A stretch of DNA of 11,069 nt from an uncultured Gemmatimonadota bacterium (GCA_964584035.1 CAZOYL010000046.1:4345-15413); one strand, 5' to 3'. Shown: positions 1 to 7,375, counted from the first letter of the stretch. Made by a program: numbers and translations. Notes: a model not told the origin generated them from the sequence alone.

Positions 1-575
1 CCATCATCGAAGGCCTCATTTCCGGCGATCTCGATCTTCTCGACGTGAACTTTATAACCCTCTTCGATATGGAAGGTAAGCTGGACACGGCCCTGAGGAT
101 CCGGTTCGCTGAGTTCCGCATTTACCTGCGCCAGAAGATAACCCTTGGAAGTATAGAGTTCCTTAATCTTCTGAGCTTTTCTCTGCATCGCCGATGGACT
201 GACGATTTGCCCTTCTCCCAGTTCGACAACGGCCAGAATCTCGTCCCGGTCGAGCTTGTCTTCTCCCTCGATGAGGACCTTTCCCAGCGCCGGGAATTCG
301 CTCACCACCAAGACGACGCTGACATCCTCCCCAACCGGCTGTGTTTCCACACGGACGTCGGAGAATAATCCCAGCGAGTAGAGTCGGCGGATTATCTGCT
401 GGATCGCTTCGGAATCCAGTCGGTCCCCGGCCTTGAGCCCGGCGGTATTGACAATCAGGGCTGAATCGGCGTAGACATTGCCCGACACCTGTACCTGAGC
501 GATCTTTTCCTGCGCCATCACAGGGGTGGCCAGCAGCAGGGCCAGGATCGTCAAGCAGAATATCTGTCTTATCAT
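1..575 (-). CDS. bamA: Outer membrane protein assembly factor BamA (Omp85), N-terminal part: signal peptide, POTRA 1-2 and start of POTRA 3; 3' end lies outside the window
   Basis: Translated by hand, not in the ORF track. The frame is open from ATG 575 to the window edge: MIRQIFCLTILALLLATPVMA-QEKIAQVQVSGNVYADSALIVNTAGLKAGDRLDSEAIQQIIRRLYSLGLFSDVRV...VSEFPALGKVLIEGEDKLDRDEI...KIKELYTSKGYLLAQV...LTFHIEEGYKVHVEKIEIAGNEAFDD. It has a Sec signal peptide (VMA|Q) and POTRA signatures (LYSLGLFSDV, LYxSKGY, IEEGxKVxVxxIxIxGN). In-frame alternative ATGs lie at 584 and 599; AAAGGGA lies 8 nt upstream of 575. Confidence 0.9.
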   Translation of the reverse strand, partial: MIRQIFCLTILALLLATPVMAQEKIAQVQVSGNVYADSALIVNTAGLKAGDRLDSEAIQQIIRRLYSLGLFSDVRVETQPVGEDVSVVLVVSEFPALGKVLIEGEDKLDRDEILAVVELGEGQIVSPSAMQRKAQKIKELYTSKGYLLAQVNAELSEPDPQGRVQLTFHIEEGYKVHVEKIEIAGNEAFDD

Positions 576-635
576 GGAGACCATCCCTTTTGCATCCATG
601 AGACCCGGGGTGAGTGAATGGCACCGGCCGGCGGT

Positions 636-959
636 TCAGTCTCCCTTGGAGATGGAGATGTCTTTGATCAGCAGTTCGGTGTAGCCCTGGCGATGTCCTC
701 TGGTGCGGCGATAGTCCTTCCGTCTTTTCATCTTGAAAACTATTACCTTGCGATTTTTTCCATGCGCCACGACCTGAGCTGTCACCCTGGCGCCGGCCAC
801 CGTGGGAGAGCCGACCACCGTATGATCACCATCCTGATAGAGCAAGACCTCGTCGATGGTCACTTGCTGACCCTCTTCGGCCTGCAATCGGGGGACTCGA
901 AGGGTGTCGTCGGGAAAGACTTTGAACTGCATACCCCCTGTTCTTACAACTGCATACAT
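636..959 (-). CDS. rplU: 50S ribosomal protein L21 (bL21), 107 aa
   Basis: MYAVVRTGGMQFKV...VGSPTVAGARVTAQVVAHGKNRKVIVFKMKRRKDYRRTRGHRQGYTELLIKDI is a classic bL21 sequence. ATG at 959 is preceded by the SD-like GGAAGGAG. The ORF-track start at 1043 is an upstream extension. Confidence 0.97.
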   Translation of the reverse strand: MYAVVRTGGMQFKVFPDDTLRVPRLQAEEGQQVTIDEVLLYQDGDHTVVGSPTVAGARVTAQVVAHGKNRKVIVFKMKRRKDYRRTRGHRQGYTELLIKDISISKGD

Positions 960-1006
960 ATGACGTCTCCTTCCGTGAAATGGTTGCCCGAAAGCTTGTG
1001 ACAGGT

Positions 1007-1104
1007 CACTGTTCACCAGCCACTGTTCATCAGCCGTTGTCAATCAACCGTCGTTAATAAACCACTGTCAATAAGACGCTTGTTATAAATCGCCGTTCAA
1101 TATA
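1007..1104. repeat. Degenerate 14-bp tandem repeat, 7 units, consensus about CRYYGTYMATMARC
   Basis: Contiguous units from 1007: cactgttcaccagc / cactgttcatcagc / cgttgtcaatcaac / cgtcgttaataaac / cactgtcaataaga / cgcttgttataaat / cgccgttcaatata. Columns 1, 9 and 12 are invariant, and GT occupies columns 5-6 in 6 of 7 units. Confidence 0.8.
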
Positions 1105-1122
1105 GCGACCGGGCCGTGAATG

Positions 1123-2658
1123 TCAAGCCTTAAATTGGTCCGTGATATCCCGCTGTGAGCTCATTGAATAGATCCGGTACCGATCGGTCTTTAAGGTCGA
1201 ATCGGCCTCAACCTGTATTTTAATATGATACTGCCGCCTCAGTTTGGACAGCTGTTCCGATCGATTTCTGAGCAGGTGTTCCCGGACCATCGGTGACACC
1301 ACCAGCAGCAGGCGCTGGTTTTTTAGGCTGGAAGCAGCTCGCTTCAGCCAGCGATCGATCTTGGTCAGAACGGTAATACTTGAGGAAATCCGTCCGGTAC
1401 CCTCACAGACCGGGCAGGCTTCCCGGAAGGTATGGATCAGGCTGGGACGAACTCTCTGGCGGGTCATCTCTACCAGCCCGAATTCACTCATCTCCAGCAG
1501 GGAGGTCTTGGAACGGTCCCTCTTGAGGTCTTTTTTTAACTCGCTGAAGATCCGGTGCCGGTGGTGAGCATCGTCCATATCGATAAAATCGATGACGATG
1601 ATACCGCCGATGTCCCGCAGCCTGAGCTGCCGGGCGATCTCGTTCGTCGCCAGCATGTTGGTTTTAAACACCGTCTCCGCCTGGTTTCCCTTGCCGACGT
1701 AACGCCCGGTGTTGACATCGATGGTCACCAGGGCCTCGGTGTGGTCGATGACAATATAGCCGCCCTTCTTCAGCCACACTTTCCTCTGCAGCGTCTTGTC
1801 GATTTCTGACTCGATATCGTAGGCGTCAAAAATCGGTGTGCTATCGGAGTACAATTTTACATGGGAACAGAGATTTGGAGAGACCGTCTGGAGATAGGAG
1901 ATGATCTCATCATAATCCTTCTTGGAATCCAAAACCAGACGGTCAATATCTTCGGTGAACAGGTCCCGTATGAGACTGGAAGTGATGCCCATCTCCTTGT
2001 GCACCAGGGCCGGGGCTCTGACCTTCCCGGATTTGACCTTTATCTGTTCCCAGATTTTCAGCAGCTGATTGATGTCCTGCCGAAATTCTTCCTCCGTTTT
2101 ACCCTTTCCGATCGTCCGAACGATGAGGCCGAATCCTTCGGGACGAACGGTATGGACCAGTTTCTTGAGACGCTTCCGTTCCGACCAGGCATCGATCTTT
2201 CGGGATATGCCCAGATGGTCCGCATTGGGAATCAGGACCAGCAATCGGCCGGGAAGGGATATCTGGGTGGTCACACGGGGGCCCTTGGTTCCGATGGGCT
2301 CTTTAATCACCTGAACCAGTATCTCCTGGTTTTTCTTCAGGACGTCCTGAATGGGGGTATCACGCTTTCTTGGTTTTCTCTGAAAATCCTCTTCATCGGG
2401 AACGTCCAACAACGTGCCGGATTCAGCGATGGCATCGGAGACATCCGATATATGAAGAAAGGCCCTTTTAGGAAGCCCGATATCCACGAAAGCGGCCTGC
2501 ATTCCGGGAAGCACCGATGTGACCACTCCTTTGATGATATGTCCCACCATCCGTTCGCTCTCGGAGCGCTCCACCCAGAGTTCGACCAATTGCTCCTCTT
2601 CCAGAATGGCAATACGGGTTTCATTCATGGCCACGTTGATGACGATCTCCTTGTGCAC
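1123..2658 (-). CDS. rng: Ribonuclease E/G family protein (RNase G-like, catalytic region only), about 511 aa
   Basis: S1 domain (GHIIKGVVTSVLPGMQAAFVDIGLPKRAFLHISDV), QVIKEPIGTKGPRVTTQISLPGR, TEALVTIDVNTGRY, RQLRLRDIGGIIVIDFIDM, GLVEMTRQR and the Zn-link CPVCEGTG. Likely start is GTG 2658 (VHKEIVINV), 7 nt after the SD-like AGAAGGAGGG. Confidence 0.95.
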   Translation of the reverse strand: MHKEIVINVAMNETRIAILEEEQLVELWVERSESERMVGHIIKGVVTSVLPGMQAAFVDIGLPKRAFLHISDVSDAIAESGTLLDVPDEEDFQRKPRKRDTPIQDVLKKNQEILVQVIKEPIGTKGPRVTTQISLPGRLLVLIPNADHLGISRKIDAWSERKRLKKLVHTVRPEGFGLIVRTIGKGKTEEEFRQDINQLLKIWEQIKVKSGKVRAPALVHKEMGITSSLIRDLFTEDIDRLVLDSKKDYDEIISYLQTVSPNLCSHVKLYSDSTPIFDAYDIESEIDKTLQRKVWLKKGGYIVIDHTEALVTIDVNTGRYVGKGNQAETVFKTNMLATNEIARQLRLRDIGGIIVIDFIDMDDAHHRHRIFSELKKDLKRDRSKTSLLEMSEFGLVEMTRQRVRPSLIHTFREACPVCEGTGRISSSITVLTKIDRWLKRAASSLKNQRLLLVVSPMVREHLLRNRSEQLSKLRRQYHIKIQVEADSTLKTDRYRIYSMSSQRDITDQFKA

Positions 2659-2703
2659 CGACCGTCCCTCCTTCTGGACCGTCACCGGACGATCCCGGGG
2701 TCG

Positions 2704-5400
2704 TCAGACGACGTCGAGAGGCGAAAACAGCCCGTCCTCGGTCTCAATATATTGAGCCACTCGTTCGACGGGTATGGTCAATAGACGTTCTCTGGGAAGC
2801 TTCAGCGCCAGTTCCAGAACCTCCTGGGGTCGAATGTGCCCCTCCGGTCCGGTCCGCAGTCGCATCAGAAGAAAAACAGATGACCGGATACGTTTCAGAG
2901 AAAGGTCCAGCAAGCGACCGCTGACGTCGATCGTTTTGGTCTCCTTGGGCGTTGATCTCTTTATGGTCAGGTGCTCAGCGCGAAGCAGGTTCTGCAGCAT
3001 GCTATCGAGTTCGGATTCTCTTTCCAGACGGCTGATGTCCGCACAGTAGTCGGCTACGTTGATGGCGGCCGAGAGAGCCTCGGTCTTCCTGAAAACGGCC
3101 CGGGTGTCCAAGATTCTGAGACCCTGCGGCAACACCCTGCGCAGATGATAACCCAGGTCGCCAACCAGCGGTTTGGCGAACTGAAGGTCCATGTATTCAG
3201 CCTGACTGGTCAATCCCAGTGCCAGAGGAGGCCCGAAGGCGATCCGGGGATGAGGATGAAAGCCCTCGGAATAATCTATGGGTAATCCGGCGCGGCGGAT
3301 GGTGCGTTCGAAGAGCCGGACCATATCCAGATGCGATAGGAACTTAAGCGGGCGTTCCTTGGTGTACTTCACCCGCATTCGGGTTCTGGCGATCTGGGAG
3401 CGTCCTCTGATGGTTCGTTTTTTATTTCTTCCCCACGCGGTGCCGGTTCCGCCGAATTCGGCGACGGTTTCTTCATCCGCGGCGACGGTTCCGTTGCTCT
3501 CCTGCTGCGGCTTATCCTTCTGACGCGGTGAGGAGGCCAGCTTTCCCTTTAGCTGCCGGCTTTGATGGACACCGCATTGATGACAGCCGCTCTGGCGGCA
3601 ATCCGGAGTACTTTTCTCCTGCAGGGCCCGGTCCCGCTCCCCGGCCAGATATCGGGGACGGACACCATAGTTGATATGATCCCAGGGAAGCGGAATATCG
3701 CGGCTCCGTTCCCGGACATAGTGCCGGGGATCGATGCCCGTTTCTGAAAAGATCCGCTGCCAGCGAGAGCTGTCGAACTGCTCCGTCCAGCTGTCGAAGC
3801 GGCAACCGGACCGCCAGGCCAACTCCAGAGCACGACATAATTTACGGTCTCCCCTGGCGAAAACCGCCTCTAAAAAAGAGACCTGGGGATCACGCCAGCT
3901 GACACGCACCCCCCTGCGAGCGAGGCGGGATTTGAGGAAACGGGCCTTTTTCTCCAGCACATCGACGGAATCCTGTTCAGCCCATTGAAATGGTGTGTGC
4001 GGCTTGGGCGTAAAAGGAGATATGCTGATATGGATCTCCCGACGGCTCCCTCTTCTGACCTGACGTGTGATTTTCCTGCAGAGTTCAATGATAGCGTGAA
4101 GATCATCCCATGTTTCGGTGGGCAGACCGATCATGAAATAGAGCTTGATCGATTCCCAGCCGTTATCGAAAGCCATCTGCAGCGATCGGAATAGATCCTC
4201 CTCCAGGAAATCTTTATTGATCACCTTACGAAGGCGCGTGCTGCCCGATTCTGGAGCGAAGGTCAGGCCGGTTCGCCGGACTTGATGCATGGAAAGAGCC
4301 AGTCGTTTGGTGAAAGATTCCGGACGCAGCGACGGCAAAGCCAGGGCGATTCTTCGATCGGCCAGCAGCCGGTTCAGCTCGGAAATAACGTCGGCCAGCG
4401 AAGTGTAGTCGGAGCTGGACAGAGAGACCAGGGATACTTCATCCCAGCCGCTATGATCGATACCGTTGACGGCCTCCTCGATAATATCCTGCGGAGATTT
4501 TTCGCGAACGGGACGGTACACCATGCCAGCATGGCAGTACCGGCATCCCCGTGTACAGCCCCTCATAATCTCGATGCTGAGGCGGTCGTGAGCGATCTCT
4601 GTCAGGGGAACAAGGGGCCGTGAAGGATAGTATTCCGGCTTTAATTCAGCAACGATCCGAGCTTCGATGGAAGGCGGTGCCTCCGACTGCAGGGGAAGAA
4701 GTTCCCTGAACTGTCCTTCTTCGTCGTAGCGGGGGCGATAGAGTGCAGGCACATAAATACCCTGCCTCCCGGCCAGCCCGACCAGAACCTGCTGCCGGCT
4801 CCATCCGCGTTCCTTCCCGCGGATGATCTCATCGGCGATCTCCCCCACCAGTTCTTCCCCGTCACCGATGACGAAGGCATCGATAAAATCGGCCAGCGGT
4901 TCTGGATTGGAAGCGCACGATCCCCCGGCCAACACCAGAGGGTCCGATTCGCTGCGATCTTCGGTGTGAAGAGGGATCCCGGCCAGATCCAGCATATTCA
5001 AGACATTTGTGAAATTCAGCTCGTGCTGCAGGGTGAATCCGAGCACATCGAACTTGGCCACGGGCAGATGCGATTCTAATGAAAAGAGGGGGATCCCCCT
5101 CTCTCTCATCAGGCTCTCCATGTCTACCCAGGGAGCGTAAACTCTTTCGGCCACGGCATCCGAGCGCCTGTTCAACAGATGATACAGGATCTTCAATCCC
5201 TGGTGGGACATCCCGATCGAATACGTGTCAGGATAGGCCAGGGCAAAACGAACGGAGACTCCGGCATGATCCTTGCGACAGACGTTCAGCTCATTGCCCA
5301 CGTATTGGTGAGGCTTGGAGACCAATGGCAGAAGGGGTTCGATGTCGGTCTCGAACCGTTTCCGGGCACCCTTTAGCCATAGATCGTTTTGTTGTTGCAT
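2704..5400 (-). CDS. TIGR03960-family B12-binding-like radical SAM protein fused to a C-terminal TIGR03936/DUF2344 radical SAM-linked domain
   Basis: N-terminal motifs VSKPHQYVGNELN, LAYPDTYSIGMSHQGLKILY and AERVYAPWVDME; CxxxCxxC in RGCTRGCRYCHAG (4534-4557); GLTFAPESGS, KLYFMIGLPTET, PFTPKPHTPFQW. The C-terminal domain from about 3381 reads RVKYTK...FLSHLDMVRLFERTIRRAGLPIDYSEGFHPHPRIAFGPPLALG. The start is uncertain (ATG 5400 or GTG 5406). Confidence 0.92.
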   Translation of the reverse strand: MQQQNDLWLKGARKRFETDIEPLLPLVSKPHQYVGNELNVCRKDHAGVSVRFALAYPDTYSIGMSHQGLKILYHLLNRRSDAVAERVYAPWVDMESLMRERGIPLFSLESHLPVAKFDVLGFTLQHELNFTNVLNMLDLAGIPLHTEDRSESDPLVLAGGSCASNPEPLADFIDAFVIGDGEELVGEIADEIIRGKERGWSRQQVLVGLAGRQGIYVPALYRPRYDEEGQFRELLPLQSEAPPSIEARIVAELKPEYYPSRPLVPLTEIAHDRLSIEIMRGCTRGCRYCHAGMVYRPVREKSPQDIIEEAVNGIDHSGWDEVSLVSLSSSDYTSLADVISELNRLLADRRIALALPSLRPESFTKRLALSMHQVRRTGLTFAPESGSTRLRKVINKDFLEEDLFRSLQMAFDNGWESIKLYFMIGLPTETWDDLHAIIELCRKITRQVRRGSRREIHISISPFTPKPHTPFQWAEQDSVDVLEKKARFLKSRLARRGVRVSWRDPQVSFLEAVFARGDRKLCRALELAWRSGCRFDSWTEQFDSSRWQRIFSETGIDPRHYVRERSRDIPLPWDHINYGVRPRYLAGERDRALQEKSTPDCRQSGCHQCGVHQSRQLKGKLASSPRQKDKPQQESNGTVAADEETVAEFGGTGTAWGRNKKRTIRGRSQIARTRMRVKYTKERPLKFLSHLDMVRLFERTIRRAGLPIDYSEGFHPHPRIAFGPPLALGLTSQAEYMDLQFAKPLVGDLGYHLRRVLPQGLRILDTRAVFRKTEALSAAINVADYCADISRLERESELDSMLQNLLRAEHLTIKRSTPKETKTIDVSGRLLDLSLKRIRSSVFLLMRLRTGPEGHIRPQEVLELALKLPRERLLTIPVERVAQYIETEDGLFSPLDVV

Positions 5401-5567
5401 TGGCACACGTTGACCATCTTCTGAATGAAACGATAGGATCCTTTAGGAGATCGCTCAGAGGTTACCAGTCTGACCACCTGCATGGGAGTGCCGCATTGGG
5501 GACAGCTTTTCTGTCCCCGAGCCTGAGCATGTGCCACCTTATCGGCAAAACTCTGACGTTTGGCCAT
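5373..5567 (-). CDS. Small basic Cys4 protein (64 aa); putative Zn-binding DUF4295/bL38-like ribosomal protein
   Basis: Strong SD (CAGGAGGA) 4-5 nt before ATG 5567, located just downstream of a good promoter and co-oriented with its neighbours. Sequence MAKRQSFADK...CPQC...VRLVTSERSPKGSYRFIQKMVNVCQC. The CDS itself is well supported; the family assignment is inference. Confidence 0.8.
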   Translation of the reverse strand: MAKRQSFADKVAHAQARGQKSCPQCGTPMQVVRLVTSERSPKGSYRFIQKMVNVCQCNNKTIYG

Positions 5568-5618
5568 ATATTCCTCCTGTTTGGAAGGCGATGAAAAGAT
5601 TCATGAGATATCCTCATT

Positions 5619-5647
5619 AAATTAGTCGATAAAGTCTTTCTTGTCAA
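5619..5647 (-). promoter_or_regulatory. Sigma70-type promoter for the small-protein/radical SAM/rng/rplU cluster
   Basis: Minus strand reads TTGACA (5647-5642), a 17-nt spacer agaaagactttatcgac, then TAATTT (5624-5619), inside an AT-rich intergenic patch. The predicted start site is near 5612. Confidence 0.75.
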
Positions 5648-5668
5648 TAGAAAACCAATCTGTTCCGT

Positions 5669-7375
5669 TTACGAAAATATAGCGCCATAGATCTGCATCA
5701 GCTTGGAGCCACGGTAATAATGTTTTAAAATGTCCTCTGTCTCATATCCCCGGAGGGCCATCCCGGCCGCCCCGGCCTGGCACATGCCCACTCCGTGGCC
5801 CCATCCAGCGCCGTGGAAAGTAAAAGATTCCGGAAGTCCGTCCGGTCCCAGATGTCGCTCGACAGTAAAACAGGAACTGTGAAGATGGGTCGGGGACAGA
5901 GCGCGACGAATGTTCAACTCGCCCTCGATCACCAGCTCATCCTCATCTCCCAGAATGTGGACGGACAGACAACGGCCCGAAATGCCCCTCTTCAGGGGCA
6001 GGATGTCCAATATATATCCGACATCGATCCCGGTTTTTTCTTTCAGTATATCCTCCAGCTCCTGCCGGGTGTAAGTCATTTCCCAGCGAAAATATTTGCG
6101 GGTATAGTGCATGGCCCGGGGGACCTGCTCAGACAGATGATTGCAGAAGGCCGGCGGCCGGGCTTCGATCCAGCTGTCGAGATCCTCTCCGTCCTTTTGC
6201 AGAGAAAAAATCCAGTCGGCGCTCTGATCGGACGGCAGGTCGAAAGCGCCCTGCAGGTAGGTTATAGGTGTTCCGCCCCAGACGTTCTGATTTTGTTCGG
6301 TGTGCCCGCCGCAAACGGCGCTGTAGTATGTCTCGCAAATACGACCCTGGTAGACCAATACCTGCCCCCTGGTGGTTTCCACCGCCTCATTGGTCAGGGC
6401 ATGTTCCTCGCTCACGCCGGCGTATGCCTGACAGTGCACCTCGGCGCAGAGGTGAAAAGGGTCCAGACGGTGCTGGATGCCCCATCGGGCCAGGGTATAG
6501 CTGCGCGCGGCAATCGCCTGAGCGCGCAGGGCAGCGGGAGGAAACCCCGGGCTCATCTCCTTGGGAAGCACGCCCTTAAGGTATTGCTCCAGAAGCAGCT
6601 CATTGATGCATAAAACCTTGCCGTCGTTTCCCAGGCGAAACTCCAGCCGGCCGCGATAGGTGCGGTCCTCCTGACGTTCCCAGGCATAACCGCGTCCAAT
6701 GGTCACATCCTCAAGGTTGAAGAGTCCGTCGGGTCCTCTTTTGACCACCGAGAAAGGCTCGGCAGAGGAAATGACGACCTTTCCGTCTGGATCGATCAGG
6801 TCCAGAGCCCCCAGTGGCGGGGTCGACATTTCCGGGATGATTCGCCGGAGAGCATCAGCGGGCAGCTGATCATGCTGAGCGGAGGCCTGTTCTTCCGTGG
6901 CATAGGGGCCGATAGAGACCCAGTACTGGCGGTTATCGTTCATCACACGCTCTCCGATAGAAATCGCCTCTCCCACCGTTATGATCCGGCCTGTCCATCC
7001 ACGGTCCTCCAGGCTGCGCAGACGATCCCTGGCCCGCTCGAGCTGATTCTCCTCATACAGCACGACGTCATAGACCATACCGGCCGGCCGGCCGTATTTC
7101 AGACGAACGCTCCAGGTGTCAGCGGCCGTTCCGGAGCTGAACAAGATTTGTCCGGTCGGACTGACCGCCCAGAATTCCGAAGTACAGCTGAACCGAACCT
7201 CCTGCTCGCGCTGCACGACAGCTACACGGATAATCGGTTCCGTAAGCGTCTCAGCGGTCGGCACAATCTTCGGAGCCGGAGCGCACCGCCACTGAGCCGA
7301 CAGGCAGACGAACAGGCAGCCGGCCAGTATCAGTTTCACCGCCATGTTGATTTGACTGAACGTTCGATCCTTCAT
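5669..7375 (-). CDS. SpoIID/LytB-domain peptidoglycan lytic transglycosylase, exported (possible lipoprotein), about 568 aa
   Basis: YRGRLEF...INELLLEQYLKGVLPKEMSPGFPPAALRAQAIAARSY (includes the catalytic Glu), HLCAEVHCQAYAG, YYSAVCGGHTE, and C-terminal GAGWGHGVGMCQAGAAGMALRGYETEDILKHYYRG. It has a hydrophobic N-terminus. ATG 7375 follows the SD GGGAGG. Confidence 0.92.
   Translation of the reverse strand: MKDRTFSQINMAVKLILAGCLFVCLSAQWRCAPAPKIVPTAETLTEPIIRVAVVQREQEVRFSCTSEFWAVSPTGQILFSSGTAADTWSVRLKYGRPAGMVYDVVLYEENQLERARDRLRSLEDRGWTGRIITVGEAISIGERVMNDNRQYWVSIGPYATEEQASAQHDQLPADALRRIIPEMSTPPLGALDLIDPDGKVVISSAEPFSVVKRGPDGLFNLEDVTIGRGYAWERQEDRTYRGRLEFRLGNDGKVLCINELLLEQYLKGVLPKEMSPGFPPAALRAQAIAARSYTLARWGIQHRLDPFHLCAEVHCQAYAGVSEEHALTNEAVETTRGQVLVYQGRICETYYSAVCGGHTEQNQNVWGGTPITYLQGAFDLPSDQSADWIFSLQKDGEDLDSWIEARPPAFCNHLSEQVPRAMHYTRKYFRWEMTYTRQELEDILKEKTGIDVGYILDILPLKRGISGRCLSVHILGDEDELVIEGELNIRRALSPTHLHSSCFTVERHLGPDGLPESFTFHGAGWGHGVGMCQAGAAGMALRGYETEDILKHYYRGSKLMQIYGAIFS

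Noticed and set aside
45..368. 107-aa plus-strand ORF
   Set aside because: Antisense shadow of bamA.
163..624. 153-aa minus-strand ORF from the track
   Set aside because: It is an alternative frame overlapping the clearly recognisable bamA frame, with G/R/P-rich shadow composition and no resemblance to bL27.
960..1010. Rfam L21 leader upstream of rplU
   Set aside because: Only tiny hairpins are visible (gtgac-ag-gtcac; gct-ttcg-ggc). A match cannot be supported without a covariance-model search.
960..1043. 28-aa N-terminal extension of bL21 (TTG start at 1043)
   Set aside because: It translates the tandem repeat and leader; the canonical MYAVV start with an SD is at 959.
1007..1104. Repeat array as CRISPR or Pho boxes
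   Set aside because: The units are contiguous 14-mers with no spacers and no cas genes nearby; Pho-box half-sites repeat every 11 bp, not 14.
1861..2784. 307-aa plus-strand ORF, and similar long antisense ORFs (5079-5594, 5795-6613, 6872-7558, 7878-8429, 8263-8871, 10401-10991)
   Set aside because: They lie wholly or largely opposite well-conserved minus-strand genes and show no recognisable motifs; such ORFs are expected in GC-rich coding DNA.
5669..7375. SpoIID domain as evidence of sporulation
   Set aside because: SpoIID/LytB domains are widespread in non-sporulating diderms, and there are no other spo genes in the window.
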